Shown: one piece after another, positions 9,575 to 19,901 of the stretch | How positions within the stretch are numbered: the first letter of the stretch is position 1 | Layout of the letters: every line of letters starts with the position of its first letter | Origin: an uncultured archaeon | GTDB taxonomy: Archaea; Halobacteriota; Archaeoglobi; Archaeoglobales; Archaeoglobaceae | Reading direction: 5' to 3' | Assembly: GCA_964554855.1 (NCBI GenBank) | Contig: CAZKQI010000001.1 | Coordinates: 1 to 46,022 of the forward strand | Length of the DNA: 46,022 nt | The notes under the pieces: model-generated | What the model was told of the DNA's origin: nothing | Seen by the model: only the letters and a program-made list of their open reading frames with translations | Databases searched by the model: none | Program-made: the position numbers and the translations under genes

Positions 9575-10738
9575 ATGATACAAGCTCATATTGATCTAAT
9601 ATTATCTATAATCCTAATTCTCATATTGATAAGAAGATTTCATGTAAGTGTAGCAGTTTTTGCCGGAGCTTTACTCCTATGCTTTCTGATCGGTTTAAAT
9701 TGTTTAGAGATTTTATACAAAACTATTATATCAATTCAAACAATAAAATATTTGATAATATTCACGCTTGCATTTACTCTGGCATATTCGATGAAAGAGT
9801 CGGGAGTACTTGATGAACTGACAATTTCAGCCTTATCAATTTTTGGAAGATCAAGTATAGTAATAATACCAGCTATGATAGGTCTTTTACCAATGCCTGG
9901 AGGTGCAATTGTATCGGCAATTTTGCTCAAAAATGTATTTGAGAAGTTTAAAGTTAGTTCGGAAAAGGCTACATTTCTGAATTATTGGTTCAGGCATATT
10001 TGGGCTTGTTTAGATCCAATTTATCCAAGTGTAATATTGATTTTAGCAATACTTGAATTGAATTATCCTGTCATGCTTAAATCGACATATCCAATAACAG
10101 TCATGATGACTTTGGCTGGATTGCCTTTTATAATTGGAACACCGAATGTGTGCAATAAAGATAGAAATTACAAGGGTTTAATAAATTTGTTACCCATTTT
10201 AACAGTAATTATCTTAACAGTTTTAGGAATTGATTTGCTATATTCCCTAGCAATATCAATAATCATATTTTATCTATTTAAGAGGCCAAATTTAAAGAGT
10301 GTTGCCAGAGATGTATTCAATCCAAGGATATACCTTCTAGTTATAGCTCTCCTATTCTACAAGGAGATCATTTTAAGATCTAATTCAGCAGAGGAATTCA
10401 TGAGAACAATAACTGCTCTTGGTATTCCAGATGTAGTAGTTGCATCTACATTATCTTTCATCATGGGGTTTGCTACGGGAATAGAATCTGGTTATGCTGC
10501 AATAGCAATACCACTACTTTCAACTTTCACTGGTATGGGAGATGAAATTATACAGAAAAATCTGATGCTAGTTGTTGGATTTGGAATATTGGGTGTAATG
10601 TTTTCTCCTCTTCATCTTTGCCTCATCTTGACCAAAGAATACTATTCAGCCAATTTGGAAAAGGTGTATACTCGCTACTTAATTCCTTCAGGCATTTTAA
10701 CTCTCTTCTCTATATATGTCCTTTACTACCTATCTTAA
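9575..10738 (+). CDS. DUF401-family polytopic membrane protein (probable transporter)
   Basis: GLLPMPGGA, NYWFRH and SPLHLCL motifs; many hydrophobic helices. Confidence 0.8.
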   Translation: MIQAHIDLILSIILILILIRRFHVSVAVFAGALLLCFLIGLNCLEILYKTIISIQTIKYLIIFTLAFTLAYSMKESGVLDELTISALSIFGRSSIVIIPAMIGLLPMPGGAIVSAILLKNVFEKFKVSSEKATFLNYWFRHIWACLDPIYPSVILILAILELNYPVMLKSTYPITVMMTLAGLPFIIGTPNVCNKDRNYKGLINLLPILTVIILTVLGIDLLYSLAISIIIFYLFKRPNLKSVARDVFNPRIYLLVIALLFYKEIILRSNSAEEFMRTITALGIPDVVVASTLSFIMGFATGIESGYAAIAIPLLSTFTGMGDEIIQKNLMLVVGFGILGVMFSPLHLCLILTKEYYSANLEKVYTRYLIPSGILTLFSIYVLYYLS

Positions 10739-10749
10739 AGATTTATATA
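10737..10749 (+). promoter_or_regulatory. BRE/TATA promoter for mpgS-mpgP-GH38 (probably leaderless)
   Basis: AAAGA followed by TTTATATA (10742-10749), about 22 nt before ATG 10771. Confidence 0.55.
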
Positions 10750-10770
10750 CATCCCCCCAAAAATGAAGTA

Positions 10771-11940
10771 ATGCTCATTGAATTACCGAAGCATAGTGAA
10801 GTTTTTGGCAGTGTAAAAATTCATGAAATTCAGAAGGTACTTAAATTGGAGTCCAATAAAGTAATCGCTCCATTGGTAAGAGGTTTTTCAAGAGAGGAGC
10901 TCAGAGAAGTATTTAGCAGAATGGCTGTGATCATTCCAGTTAAGGATGAGAGATTGCATTTACTCGATGGAGTTATAAGGTCGATACCAGAAGAATGTAA
11001 AATAATAGTAGTTTCAAATAGTAGAAGAGTTGAACAAGATGTTTTTAAATTGGAGTGTGATTTGATCACAAATTTCCATAAGATAACACATCAAAACATT
11101 GTTCTTGTGCATCAGAAAGATCCAGGTTTGAGCTTAGCTTTCCAAGAGGTAGGATATAATAATATACTTGATAAGAGTGGTGTTGTTAGGGATGGAAAGG
11201 GAGAAGGAATGATAATAGGTGTTTTACTTGCAAAAATGTTAGGTTGCGATTTTATAGGTTTTGTTGATGCAGATAACTATATACCCTGCTCAGTAAACGA
11301 ATACATTACAATATATGCTGGAGTTCTAAGTTTATCTGAAACACCATATACAATGGTAAGATTGCACTGGAGATACAAGCCGAAGGTCATGGAAGATAGG
11401 TTATACTTCAGGAAATGGGGAAGAGTTAGCGAGATAACAAACAAATACATAAACATGCTTCTCTCAATAAACACTGGATTTGAAACTCTCATAGTTAGGA
11501 CGGGAAATGCTGGAGAGCATGCAATGACTATGAGATTGGCAGATATTTTAGAATACTCAACAGGATATTCAATTGAACCTTATCAAATAATATATCTTTT
11601 AGAGGAGTTCTGGGAGGGAAATACAAGATTTAGAGATGCATTAAGTAGTGGCATTTCAATATATCAAGTCGAAACAATAAATCCACATGTTCATGAAGAA
11701 AAGGGAGAGGAGCATATAAAGGATATGCTTCTTGCTTCTCTCTCAGTAATCTATCACAGCAAACTTGCAAATGATGATTTGAAGAATAAAATATTTGAAG
11801 AACTGAAAAATAATGAAATAGTTAAGAGTAGGAGGGAAATAAAGAAGGTTTTGAGAATGCCACCGATATGCGAGATAGACCTTAACAAATTTAGAAGTGT
11901 TTTCGAAAGATATACGGAGACATTGATTGCACATGTTTAA
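10771..11940 (+). CDS. mpgS: Mannosyl-3-phosphoglycerate synthase (GT55)
   Basis: MLIELP...EVFGSVKI, GKGEGM, GFVDADNY, WGRVSEITN, GNAGEH; start moved to ATG 10771. Confidence 0.95.
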   Translation: MLIELPKHSEVFGSVKIHEIQKVLKLESNKVIAPLVRGFSREELREVFSRMAVIIPVKDERLHLLDGVIRSIPEECKIIVVSNSRRVEQDVFKLECDLITNFHKITHQNIVLVHQKDPGLSLAFQEVGYNNILDKSGVVRDGKGEGMIIGVLLAKMLGCDFIGFVDADNYIPCSVNEYITIYAGVLSLSETPYTMVRLHWRYKPKVMEDRLYFRKWGRVSEITNKYINMLLSINTGFETLIVRTGNAGEHAMTMRLADILEYSTGYSIEPYQIIYLLEEFWEGNTRFRDALSSGISIYQVETINPHVHEEKGEEHIKDMLLASLSVIYHSKLANDDLKNKIFEELKNNEIVKSRREIKKVLRMPPICEIDLNKFRSVFERYTETLIAHV

Positions 11941-12721
11941 AGTAATATTTACAGATTTGGATGGAACACTCTTAGATGAAAATTACAGATGCAATGAAGC
12001 GATTGAAGTAATAGAGAAATTGAAAGAATTGAAAATTCCAATAGTATTTGTTTCTGCAAAGACGAGATTTGAACAAGAGATATTTAGGAAGATGTTAGGT
12101 ATTGAAGATCCTTTCATAGTTGAAGATGGATCAGCTATATATATACCCAAAGAATATTTTAGATTTGATCTTAAAATGAGAGTTGAGAAGAGAGATAATT
12201 ATGATGTTATTGTTTTGGGAGTTTATGTTGATGAAATCCGTAAATTAATAGACAAAATTAGAGAAAAATTCTATTTGAGGTGTTACAGCTGTATGAGTGT
12301 TGAAGAAGTTGCAAAATTGACTGGATTGAGTTTTGAGATGGCAGAATTGGCTAAGAGAAGGGAGTTCAGTGAAACGATAGTTGAAGCCGATAAATTTGCT
12401 CTGAAATACTTAAAAGATCATTTCAATGTTCAAATAGGTGGTAAGTTTATTCATGTTTATGGAAAAGGAGCAGATAAGGGTAGAGCTGTAAGAATTTTAA
12501 CTGAAATTTACAGAAAAAATTACAGTAATGTTTTAACAATTGGAATTGGCAATTCTTATACAGATATTGACATGCTTAGAGTAGTGGATATACCAGCTTT
12601 GGTTAAAAATAGAGATGGATGGATCGAAGTTGATTTTGAAGTTTACAAAGCCAATGGTATTGCAACTCAAGGCTGGATCGAAGTTGTTAAAAAGTTTGTG
12701 CTTTCAAATAACATGAGGTGA
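11933..12721 (+). CDS. mpgP: Mannosyl-3-phosphoglycerate phosphatase (HAD IIB)
   Basis: FTDLDGTLL, SAKT, REFSE, DKGRAV, GNSYTD; overlaps the mpgS stop. Confidence 0.93.
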   Translation: MFKVIFTDLDGTLLDENYRCNEAIEVIEKLKELKIPIVFVSAKTRFEQEIFRKMLGIEDPFIVEDGSAIYIPKEYFRFDLKMRVEKRDNYDVIVLGVYVDEIRKLIDKIREKFYLRCYSCMSVEEVAKLTGLSFEMAELAKRREFSETIVEADKFALKYLKDHFNVQIGGKFIHVYGKGADKGRAVRILTEIYRKNYSNVLTIGIGNSYTDIDMLRVVDIPALVKNRDGWIEVDFEVYKANGIATQGWIEVVKKFVLSNNMR

Positions 12722-12725
12722 TTGG

Positions 12726-15293
12726 ATGGAAGAGAGAGATGTAATATACTTGGTTCCACACTCCCACTATGATGCAATGTGGATTTTTACAAAGGAAGAT
12801 TATTTCTATATAAATATTGATGTGATTTTAAAGAAAGTTATTGATATAATGGAGAATTCTGATGATTACAAGTTCATAATAGAGCAGGTGCATTTACTTG
12901 AGGAGGTGGAGAGAAGGTATCCCGAACTCTTCAGAAAGATTGGGGAATACATAAAGGAAGGTAGGATAGAAATTGTTGACGGAGAATACGTTATGGCAGA
13001 TACAATGCTACCACAGGAGGAAACACTCATTAGAGAAATAATATATGGAAAGAGATACATAAGAAGGAAGTTTGGAACAGATGTTAAAGTTATGTGGGTA
13101 GCAGACAGCTTCGGTTTGAATGCCCAGTTACCTCAAATCTACAGAAAATGCGGTTACAAGTATGTTGCATTTAGGAGAGGTTGTCCAGAGATAAAACCAT
13201 CTGAATTTCTCTGGGAAGGGCTTGATGGGACAAGAATAATTGCCCACTTCTTTCCATTGGGTTACAGAGCTGGTTTGTATCTTGACAGACTTGAAGAAAG
13301 TTACGTTAAGTTGAAAAGATTTGCTCTAACAAATCATATACTCATGCCGTCTGGTAGTGGTTCTATTCCTCCCCAGGAAGAAACTCCAGAAGTTGTTGAG
13401 GAGTGGAATAAGAAACACAGAGCAATAATGAAAATAGCAACACCTTCAGAATTTTTTAAGGAAATTGAGAAGTTTAGAGAAATAATGCCAGTTAGAAAGG
13501 GTGAGATGTACTCTGGAAAGTATTCCGAAGTATTTCCAGATACCTGTTCGAGTAGAATATGGGTAAAACAGAATCTTAGGAGATTTGAAAACTGGTTACT
13601 CTTTTTTGAAAGAATTTCAACAATTAACTATCTTCTGGGTGGAGATTACAGGAAGGAGGAGATAGCAAACTGCTGGAAGAAGGTTCTTTTCATGGCATTT
13701 CATGATGTTGTTCCTGGGACTAGCATGGATGTAGGTTACAATGAAGTCAGACAGGATATCGATTTTCTCAGAACTAAACTCAGCTATTTAACACCCAGAG
13801 TTTTGAGAGAAATAATTGATAGGGATACAAATGGAGAAGATTTTGGAGATATAGTTGTTTTCAATCCATTGAGTTGGGATGTTACAAACTGGGTTGAAGT
13901 TGATTTGAATTTTGATGAAGGACAGGTTTACAGGATTGAAGGTTTAAGGTGTGGTAGTGAGGAAATAGATGTTGAAATCATAAGGTTTAGAAGGTACGAT
14001 GACGAATCTCTAAGTTACGCAAGAATTGGCTTTGTTGCTACCGTTCCAGCATTGGGTTATAAAGTATATAAGATAGTTGAAAAGAGGAAGAAAAGGAAGA
14101 GAGAGAATTTCATAAGAATTGTCGGTAATACAATAGAAACCAAGCATTTCAATTTAACTTTTTCACCTGAAGATGGACTTATAACAGTTACAAAGAACGG
14201 TAAAGTTGTATTCAGAGATGGAAACGAGATAGTTATTGAGAGCGAGGTTGGAGATCTCTATCATCATAAAGAATACGAAGCTAATCTCATAAAGAGTGAA
14301 GGTGGAGAAGGTTTAACATACGGTTCTTTTCGTATAAAGAACTTCTGGATTGAAAAGTCTCCTCTAAGAAGGGTAATAAACATTTACACCGATTACTTTT
14401 CCGTCAGATGGCCATACAGATACGTCGAGAGATTCAAGCCTCTTATGTGGAGACAAAAACATCTATCTTTCAGAAAGAAAATAATTGTTTATAGAGATAT
14501 ACCAAGGATAGACTTCATAACGCATGTTGATACGGAACATCCGAGAATGAGATTGAGAGTCAGATTTAAGACAGATAAAAATCTACCAGAATACACATGT
14601 GAATGTCAGTTTGGAGCTGTAAACAGAAAATCGAATATGTATTACTTCAATCCTAAGGATTGGAAGGAAAATCCTTCTGGCGTCTATCCTTCGTTGAGAT
14701 GGATAGATTACAGTGATGGAGAAATCGGTTTTGCTGTGTTGAATAGGGGTACGCCGGAAAACGAAGTTAGAGATGGAAATGTATACATAACTTTGCTTAG
14801 ATCTGTCGGAATACTTTCAGATGGTACTTCTGGCCCTGTCATACCAGTTCCAGATGCAAGAGAAGAGAAAAGAAGGTATACATTCAGATATGCTGTCTAT
14901 CCTCATGAAGGAGATTGGAAGAAATCTAAGGTTTACAAGATGGGCTACGAGTTCAATTATCATCTGACAGCTTTGCAAGTTCCTAGAAATAGAAAGTACA
15001 GATTGACGAGAAGTTTTCTAAGGATTGAACCAGATAACGTCATACTTACAGCATTTAAAGTTTCTGAGGATATGGACGGTATAATTGTTAGATTTTATGA
15101 GGCTGAAGGTAAGGAATGCACTGCCAGATTAGAGTTTTTCAAGGATGTTGAAGATGCAAGAGTGGTGAATATGCTTGAAGAGACTGATGAAGAATTCGAG
15201 AGAGAATTTGGAAAGGATATAAAGGTTGATAAGAACACAATTTATGTAGAAATGAAACCTTTTGAAGTTGTCACGCTGAAGGTCAATATATGA
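12726..15293 (+). CDS. GH38 alpha-mannosidase-like protein (candidate mannosylglycerate hydrolase)
   Basis: VPHSHYD Zn ligands, WVADSFG nucleophile, FHDVVPG, ITLLRS. Confidence 0.9.
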   Translation: MEERDVIYLVPHSHYDAMWIFTKEDYFYINIDVILKKVIDIMENSDDYKFIIEQVHLLEEVERRYPELFRKIGEYIKEGRIEIVDGEYVMADTMLPQEETLIREIIYGKRYIRRKFGTDVKVMWVADSFGLNAQLPQIYRKCGYKYVAFRRGCPEIKPSEFLWEGLDGTRIIAHFFPLGYRAGLYLDRLEESYVKLKRFALTNHILMPSGSGSIPPQEETPEVVEEWNKKHRAIMKIATPSEFFKEIEKFREIMPVRKGEMYSGKYSEVFPDTCSSRIWVKQNLRRFENWLLFFERISTINYLLGGDYRKEEIANCWKKVLFMAFHDVVPGTSMDVGYNEVRQDIDFLRTKLSYLTPRVLREIIDRDTNGEDFGDIVVFNPLSWDVTNWVEVDLNFDEGQVYRIEGLRCGSEEIDVEIIRFRRYDDESLSYARIGFVATVPALGYKVYKIVEKRKKRKRENFIRIVGNTIETKHFNLTFSPEDGLITVTKNGKVVFRDGNEIVIESEVGDLYHHKEYEANLIKSEGGEGLTYGSFRIKNFWIEKSPLRRVINIYTDYFSVRWPYRYVERFKPLMWRQKHLSFRKKIIVYRDIPRIDFITHVDTEHPRMRLRVRFKTDKNLPEYTCECQFGAVNRKSNMYYFNPKDWKENPSGVYPSLRWIDYSDGEIGFAVLNRGTPENEVRDGNVYITLLRSVGILSDGTSGPVIPVPDAREEKRRYTFRYAVYPHEGDWKKSKVYKMGYEFNYHLTALQVPRNRKYRLTRSFLRIEPDNVILTAFKVSEDMDGIIVRFYEAEGKECTARLEFFKDVEDARVVNMLEETDEEFEREFGKDIKVDKNTIYVEMKPFEVVTLKVNI

Positions 15294-15327
15294 TAACAAC
15301 TTTTAATCCGATCGAAAATTGAGATTT

Positions 15328-16581
15328 ATGAGGTCCGAAAAACTTTACAAAGAGGCTGTAAAACTGCTTCCAGGTGGTGTAAGTTCACCAGTGAGAGCAA
15401 TAAAGCCCTTCCCTTTTTACACAGCTAAAGCTAAAGGTTCTAAGATTTACGATGTTGATGGAAACGTTTACATCGATTACTGCTTAGCCTATGGCCCCCT
15501 AATCTTGGGACATGCGAATCCCGTTGTTAAGAATGCTTTGAATGAACAGTTGGAAAAAGGTTGGCTCTACGGAACACCGATAGAACTTGAAGTGAAGTAT
15601 GCAAAACTGATTACAAGGTTATACAAGAGTATAGAGATGTTAAGATTCGTGAATACTGGAAGTGAGGCTACCATGAGTGCAATAAGACTTGCAAGAGGGT
15701 TTACTGGAAGAAACAAAATTTTGAAGATTGAGGGGAGTTTTCACGGCTCTCATGATGCTGTTTTAGTTAAGGCTGGGAGTGGTGCAACAACACATGGAAT
15801 TCCAAATTCAGCTGGAGTTCCTCCAGAATTCGTTAAGCACACACTTCAAGTTCCTTTCAACGATGTTGAAAGTCTTGTGGAAGTTGTTGAGAAGAATAGA
15901 GAAGATTTAGCTTGTGTTATAATGGAACCCGTTATGGGTAATGCAAGCTTAATAGTTCCTGAAGAGGGTTATCTGAAAGAAGTTAGGAAAATTACTAAAG
16001 AAAATGACGTTTTATTGATATTTGATGAGGTCATAACTGGATTCAGACTGGCTTTGGGTGGTGCTCAAGAGTTTTATGGAGTTGAAGCTGATTTGACTAC
16101 TTTAGGTAAAATTGCTGGTGGTGGCTTGCCAATCGGTATATTTGGAGGTAAAAGAGAAATTATGGAGTATGTGGCTCCTTCTGGTAATGTTTATCAGGCT
16201 GGAACATTCAGCGGTAATCCTCTGAGCTTAATATCTGGTTATACTACTGTGAATTTCATGATTGAAAACAAGGTTATAGATGTCGTTAATAAAACTACGG
16301 AGGAGTTGGTTAAGGGATTGAGAGATCAGATGGATGAGAATGTTGAAATAGAAAGCATTGCATCTATGTTCTGCATATACTTTGGTAAAAAGCCAAAGAA
16401 TTACGCTGAAGCTTTAAAACTTGACAAGAACAAATATATGGAATTCTTCTGGAAGATGCTTAAAAATGGTGTGTTTTTACCACCATCACAGTTCGAAACT
16501 TGTTTTCTGAGCTATGCTCATACGAAGGAGGATGTTGAAAAGACAATTGAAGCTTTTGGCCTATGTCTGAGAAAATTGTAG
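15328..16581 (+). CDS. hemL: Glutamate-1-semialdehyde 2,1-aminomutase
   Basis: [38 protein letters not shown]. Confidence 0.97.
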   Translation: MRSEKLYKEAVKLLPGGVSSPVRAIKPFPFYTAKAKGSKIYDVDGNVYIDYCLAYGPLILGHANPVVKNALNEQLEKGWLYGTPIELEVKYAKLITRLYKSIEMLRFVNTGSEATMSAIRLARGFTGRNKILKIEGSFHGSHDAVLVKAGSGATTHGIPNSAGVPPEFVKHTLQVPFNDVESLVEVVEKNREDLACVIMEPVMGNASLIVPEEGYLKEVRKITKENDVLLIFDEVITGFRLALGGAQEFYGVEADLTTLGKIAGGGLPIGIFGGKREIMEYVAPSGNVYQAGTFSGNPLSLISGYTTVNFMIENKVIDVVNKTTEELVKGLRDQMDENVEIESIASMFCIYFGKKPKNYAEALKLDKNKYMEFFWKMLKNGVFLPPSQFETCFLSYAHTKEDVEKTIEAFGLCLRKL

Positions 16582-17435
16582 TTGGAACGAGAGGAAGTAA
16601 GTTGGCTTTGGCTCAAACATCGAAGGTAGTTGAAAAGCTGAAAGAGAAAGGATACGATGTTGAAATTAAGATTATTAAGAGCACGGGAGATATAATGAAA
16701 GATAGACCCCTCTACGAATTCAAAGGATCTGGAGCTTTTGTAAGAGCTTTGGAGAAAGCATTGGTTAGGAAGGAAATAGATTTGGCTGTTCACAGCTACA
16801 AAGACATTCCAAGCTCAATGCTTGAAGGAATTAAAGTTTCAGCTGTTTTGGAAAGAGATTCGCCTCATGATGCATTCATTGCGAGGAATGGTGAAAGTTT
16901 GGATGAAATAAGGTCAAATGCTAAGATAGGAACATCAAGCTTAAGGAGAAGGGCACAGTTAAGCCTTTACAGATCAGATTTGAGATTTGAAAATATAAGG
17001 GGAAATGTAGATACAAGATTGAGGAAGCTCAGAGAAGGTCTATACGATGCTATAGTGTTGGCTGAAGCTGGATTGATTAGACTTGGATTGGATGTTGATT
17101 ATCAACGCTTGCCAATTGATAATTTCGTTCCTTCGGCAAATCAGGGGATAATAGCTGTACAGACAAGGATTGGAGAAGAGGATATTGTGAGATTTATGAA
17201 TCATAAGGAAACTTGGATTTCTGCCATGGTTGAAAGGGTTGTTATGAGGACTTTAGGTTTTGGATGTGCAATTCCAGCGGGAATATATGCTGAATGTAAA
17301 GGTAAGGTAAAGCTAATTGTTCAAGTTATAAAGGATGGAAGGGAATACAAGGTTGTTGAGATTCTAAGTAAGAAGAATGCAATTGAAGATGCAGTGGAAA
17401 TAGCTGAAAACATTAAGAAGGAGGTTGGTTTATGA
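16563..17435 (+). CDS. hemC: Hydroxymethylbilane synthase
   Basis: [34 protein letters not shown] cofactor Cys. Confidence 0.97.
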   Translation: MSEKIVVGTRGSKLALAQTSKVVEKLKEKGYDVEIKIIKSTGDIMKDRPLYEFKGSGAFVRALEKALVRKEIDLAVHSYKDIPSSMLEGIKVSAVLERDSPHDAFIARNGESLDEIRSNAKIGTSSLRRRAQLSLYRSDLRFENIRGNVDTRLRKLREGLYDAIVLAEAGLIRLGLDVDYQRLPIDNFVPSANQGIIAVQTRIGEEDIVRFMNHKETWISAMVERVVMRTLGFGCAIPAGIYAECKGKVKLIVQVIKDGREYKVVEILSKKNAIEDAVEIAENIKKEVGL

Positions 17436-18175
17436 CTGGAAAGGTTTACATTGTAGGTGCTGGGCCGGGAGATCCGGATCTATTAACTGTAAAGGCTTTG
17501 AAGGTTTTGAGGGAAGCTGATATAATTTTGTGCGATGAGCTTATAGGTGATGAAATTAGAGAATTGCTCAGATCGATGAAGGCTAAGCTTTTTGATGTTG
17601 GAAAGAGGGCTGGAAAGCATAAGATGGGGCAGGATGAAATAAATGAGCTAATGGTTAAGCTTGCGAGAGAAGGAAAAACTGTAGTTAGGTTGAAGGGTGG
17701 AGATCCTTTTGTTTTTGGGAGAGGAGGTGAAGAGGTTGAATATTTGGCTAAGCATGGAATACAATTTGAAATAGTTCCGGGCATAACTTCGGCAATAGCT
17801 GTTCCCGCTTATGCTGGAATCCCAATAACTCACAGGAAATTCGATCCTGCAGTAGTTTTCATAACTGGAAGGGAATGGAAGGAAAGACTTAACTGGAAAG
17901 CTTTAGCAGAGCTAAATGCAACAATTGTAATTTTGATGGGTGTTTCAAACTTGCACAATATCGTTAAAAAGCTCTTAGATAATGGAAAAAATCCTAAAAC
18001 TCCTGTGGCAATAATCGAAAGTGGTTGTACAAAAAATCAGAGAGTAATTGTTTCAGATTTGGAAAACGTTGCTGAAGTTGCAAGGAAGGAAGATGTTAAG
18101 GCTCCAGCTGTTATTGTTGTAGGAGATGTTGTTAGGCTTAGAGAAAAAATTCTTTACTATGAAGAGGGTAATTGA
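17432..18175 (+). CDS. cobA: Uroporphyrinogen-III C-methyltransferase
   Basis: VGAGPGDPDLLT, RLKGGDPFVFGRGGEE, PGITSA. Confidence 0.95.
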   Translation: MTGKVYIVGAGPGDPDLLTVKALKVLREADIILCDELIGDEIRELLRSMKAKLFDVGKRAGKHKMGQDEINELMVKLAREGKTVVRLKGGDPFVFGRGGEEVEYLAKHGIQFEIVPGITSAIAVPAYAGIPITHRKFDPAVVFITGREWKERLNWKALAELNATIVILMGVSNLHNIVKKLLDNGKNPKTPVAIIESGCTKNQRVIVSDLENVAEVARKEDVKAPAVIVVGDVVRLREKILYYEEGN

Positions 18176-18698
18176 TGAAATGATTAAAATTGGGAAGAAG
18201 TTGGGTCAGCTTAAGCTTATAGATGGTGCTAGCGGAAACATGAGTTGTAGAATTGGAGATTTTATGCTCATTACGAAAAGCGGTTCAATTTTAGATTCTC
18301 TAACTCCTCAAGATTTTATCTATGTCAAGATTGGAGAATTTTGCGAAGGTATTTCGAGCGATTGGAAGGTGCACAGTAGAGTTTATAAAAAGACAGATTA
18401 TAGGGCTGTTTTGCATTGTCATGGTATCTACAACGTTGTTCTTTCATTCATTCAAAATGAAATAGTTCCGAAGGATTTGGAGGGAAGATTGTTTCTGAAG
18501 AAGGTGAGAGTTGTCGAAGGTGAATTTGGAAGTGAAGAGCTTTCTAATGCAATTGCAAAAGAAATTGCAAGGAATGGTATAGTAATTCATAGGGGGCATG
18601 GAATATACTCAGCTGGAAAAAACACTGTTGATGCATTTAACAAAGTTTGCTACTTGGAGCATTCATGTGAAATAATTTACAAACTTGATTTGAGATGA
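18159..18698 (+). CDS. Class II aldolase/adducin family protein
   Basis: GNMS, ITKSG, SSDWKVH, HCH and GHG metal ligands; start uncertain (18159 or 18180). Confidence 0.85.
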   Translation: MKRVIDEMIKIGKKLGQLKLIDGASGNMSCRIGDFMLITKSGSILDSLTPQDFIYVKIGEFCEGISSDWKVHSRVYKKTDYRAVLHCHGIYNVVLSFIQNEIVPKDLEGRLFLKKVRVVEGEFGSEELSNAIAKEIARNGIVIHRGHGIYSAGKNTVDAFNKVCYLEHSCEIIYKLDLR

Positions 18699-19888
18699 TA
18701 ATTGCAGTTGCAAGGGCTAAGAAGGATGCAAAAGCTTTGAAACATTCTCTAAATTGCGAAGTGTTAAGTTTGGGTGGAATAAGGAGTTTGGAAGATTTTG
18801 ATTTCTCAATTTTCAAGAATAAGATACCTATATTCTTCTTTGGAAGAGATGAAGTAGATTTGGCTATTGAGGCTGAGAAGATGATAGAAGAGATTACACC
18901 GATATATCAGATTGTAGTCTTGAGTAAGAAGGCAGTGAGAAACACAAGGATGGAAGAAATTAGAGAAAAATTCGAGATTGCCAAAGCTAAAATAAGGCTT
19001 GGAGTAAAGTTTGAAGATTTTTTCGTTTTTTCTCCAAAAAACGAATTCGGAATTGAAATACATCCAGATTACGACTCTTATTTTATAATTGGAGATGATT
19101 TCATCAAAAACATGAGGAAAATAGGAGTTGATGTTGAAGAGGGGAATCTAGTAATCAGAAAGCTCTACAATGAGGAAAACATCTATGTACCTGAGCTTAA
19201 AGCCATAGTTAGCAAGAGGATAGGTGAAGAAGTTTGTATAAAATATTTAAGCGATGTAAAGCCTAGGAAATTGTCAATTGATAAAACTGTTGAGAAAAAC
19301 GTGGATTTTTTGAAGGTTATTGAGAATGTATCAATAAAATTTATAAGAGAGCATGCAAACAACGTTGGAGTTCCTTTTAGCGGAGGTAAGGATAGTTTAG
19401 CCTGTCTAATTTTGGCTAAGAAGGCTTTAGGGGATGTTAAGGCAATTTACGTTAGGACAAACTATGACATGCCTTATACTGATGAATATGTGGAATGTGT
19501 ATGTGAGAAGTTGGGAGTTAATTTGATAGTTGAAAATGTTAATTTAGATGTTGAGAAGTACGGATTGCCCACTCACAAAAACAGATGGTGCACGAAGCTT
19601 AAGATAAAAGCTTTGGAAAGAGTTGTAAAATCGGAAGGAATAGATACCTTAGTTGTTGGTGATAGAGAGGCTGAAAGTAGGGTTAGAAGGGAGAGACCAG
19701 TAGTTTTTGAGAGAGTTGTTAAGGAGATTTTTCCGATCAAATACTGGAGCGGTGCCATGGTTCAACTTTATGTGATCATGAACGGTTTTAATTTACATCC
19801 ATTGTATTACAAGGGATTTTACCGCTTAGGATGCACGATTTGCCCTTCACTCAGTGAGTGGGAGAAGACTTTACTAAATTGGCTCTAA
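18695..19888 (+). CDS. PAPS reductase-family (PP-loop) protein with an uncharacterised N-terminal domain
   Basis: FSGGKDS, RWC, ESRVR, YRLGCTICP. Confidence 0.8.
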   Translation: MIIAVARAKKDAKALKHSLNCEVLSLGGIRSLEDFDFSIFKNKIPIFFFGRDEVDLAIEAEKMIEEITPIYQIVVLSKKAVRNTRMEEIREKFEIAKAKIRLGVKFEDFFVFSPKNEFGIEIHPDYDSYFIIGDDFIKNMRKIGVDVEEGNLVIRKLYNEENIYVPELKAIVSKRIGEEVCIKYLSDVKPRKLSIDKTVEKNVDFLKVIENVSIKFIREHANNVGVPFSGGKDSLACLILAKKALGDVKAIYVRTNYDMPYTDEYVECVCEKLGVNLIVENVNLDVEKYGLPTHKNRWCTKLKIKALERVVKSEGIDTLVVGDREAESRVRRERPVVFERVVKEIFPIKYWSGAMVQLYVIMNGFNLHPLYYKGFYRLGCTICPSLSEWEKTLLNWL

Positions 19889-19901
19889 ATGTCAAATATA
19901 T

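Noticed and set aside
9540-9578. Two CTGA motifs suggesting a box C/D sRNA
   Set aside because: No upstream RUGAUGA box C at suitable spacing.
10618-10770. N-terminal extension of mpgS in the ORF track
   Set aside because: Overlaps the DUF401 gene and a TATA box; family similarity begins at MLIELP (10771).
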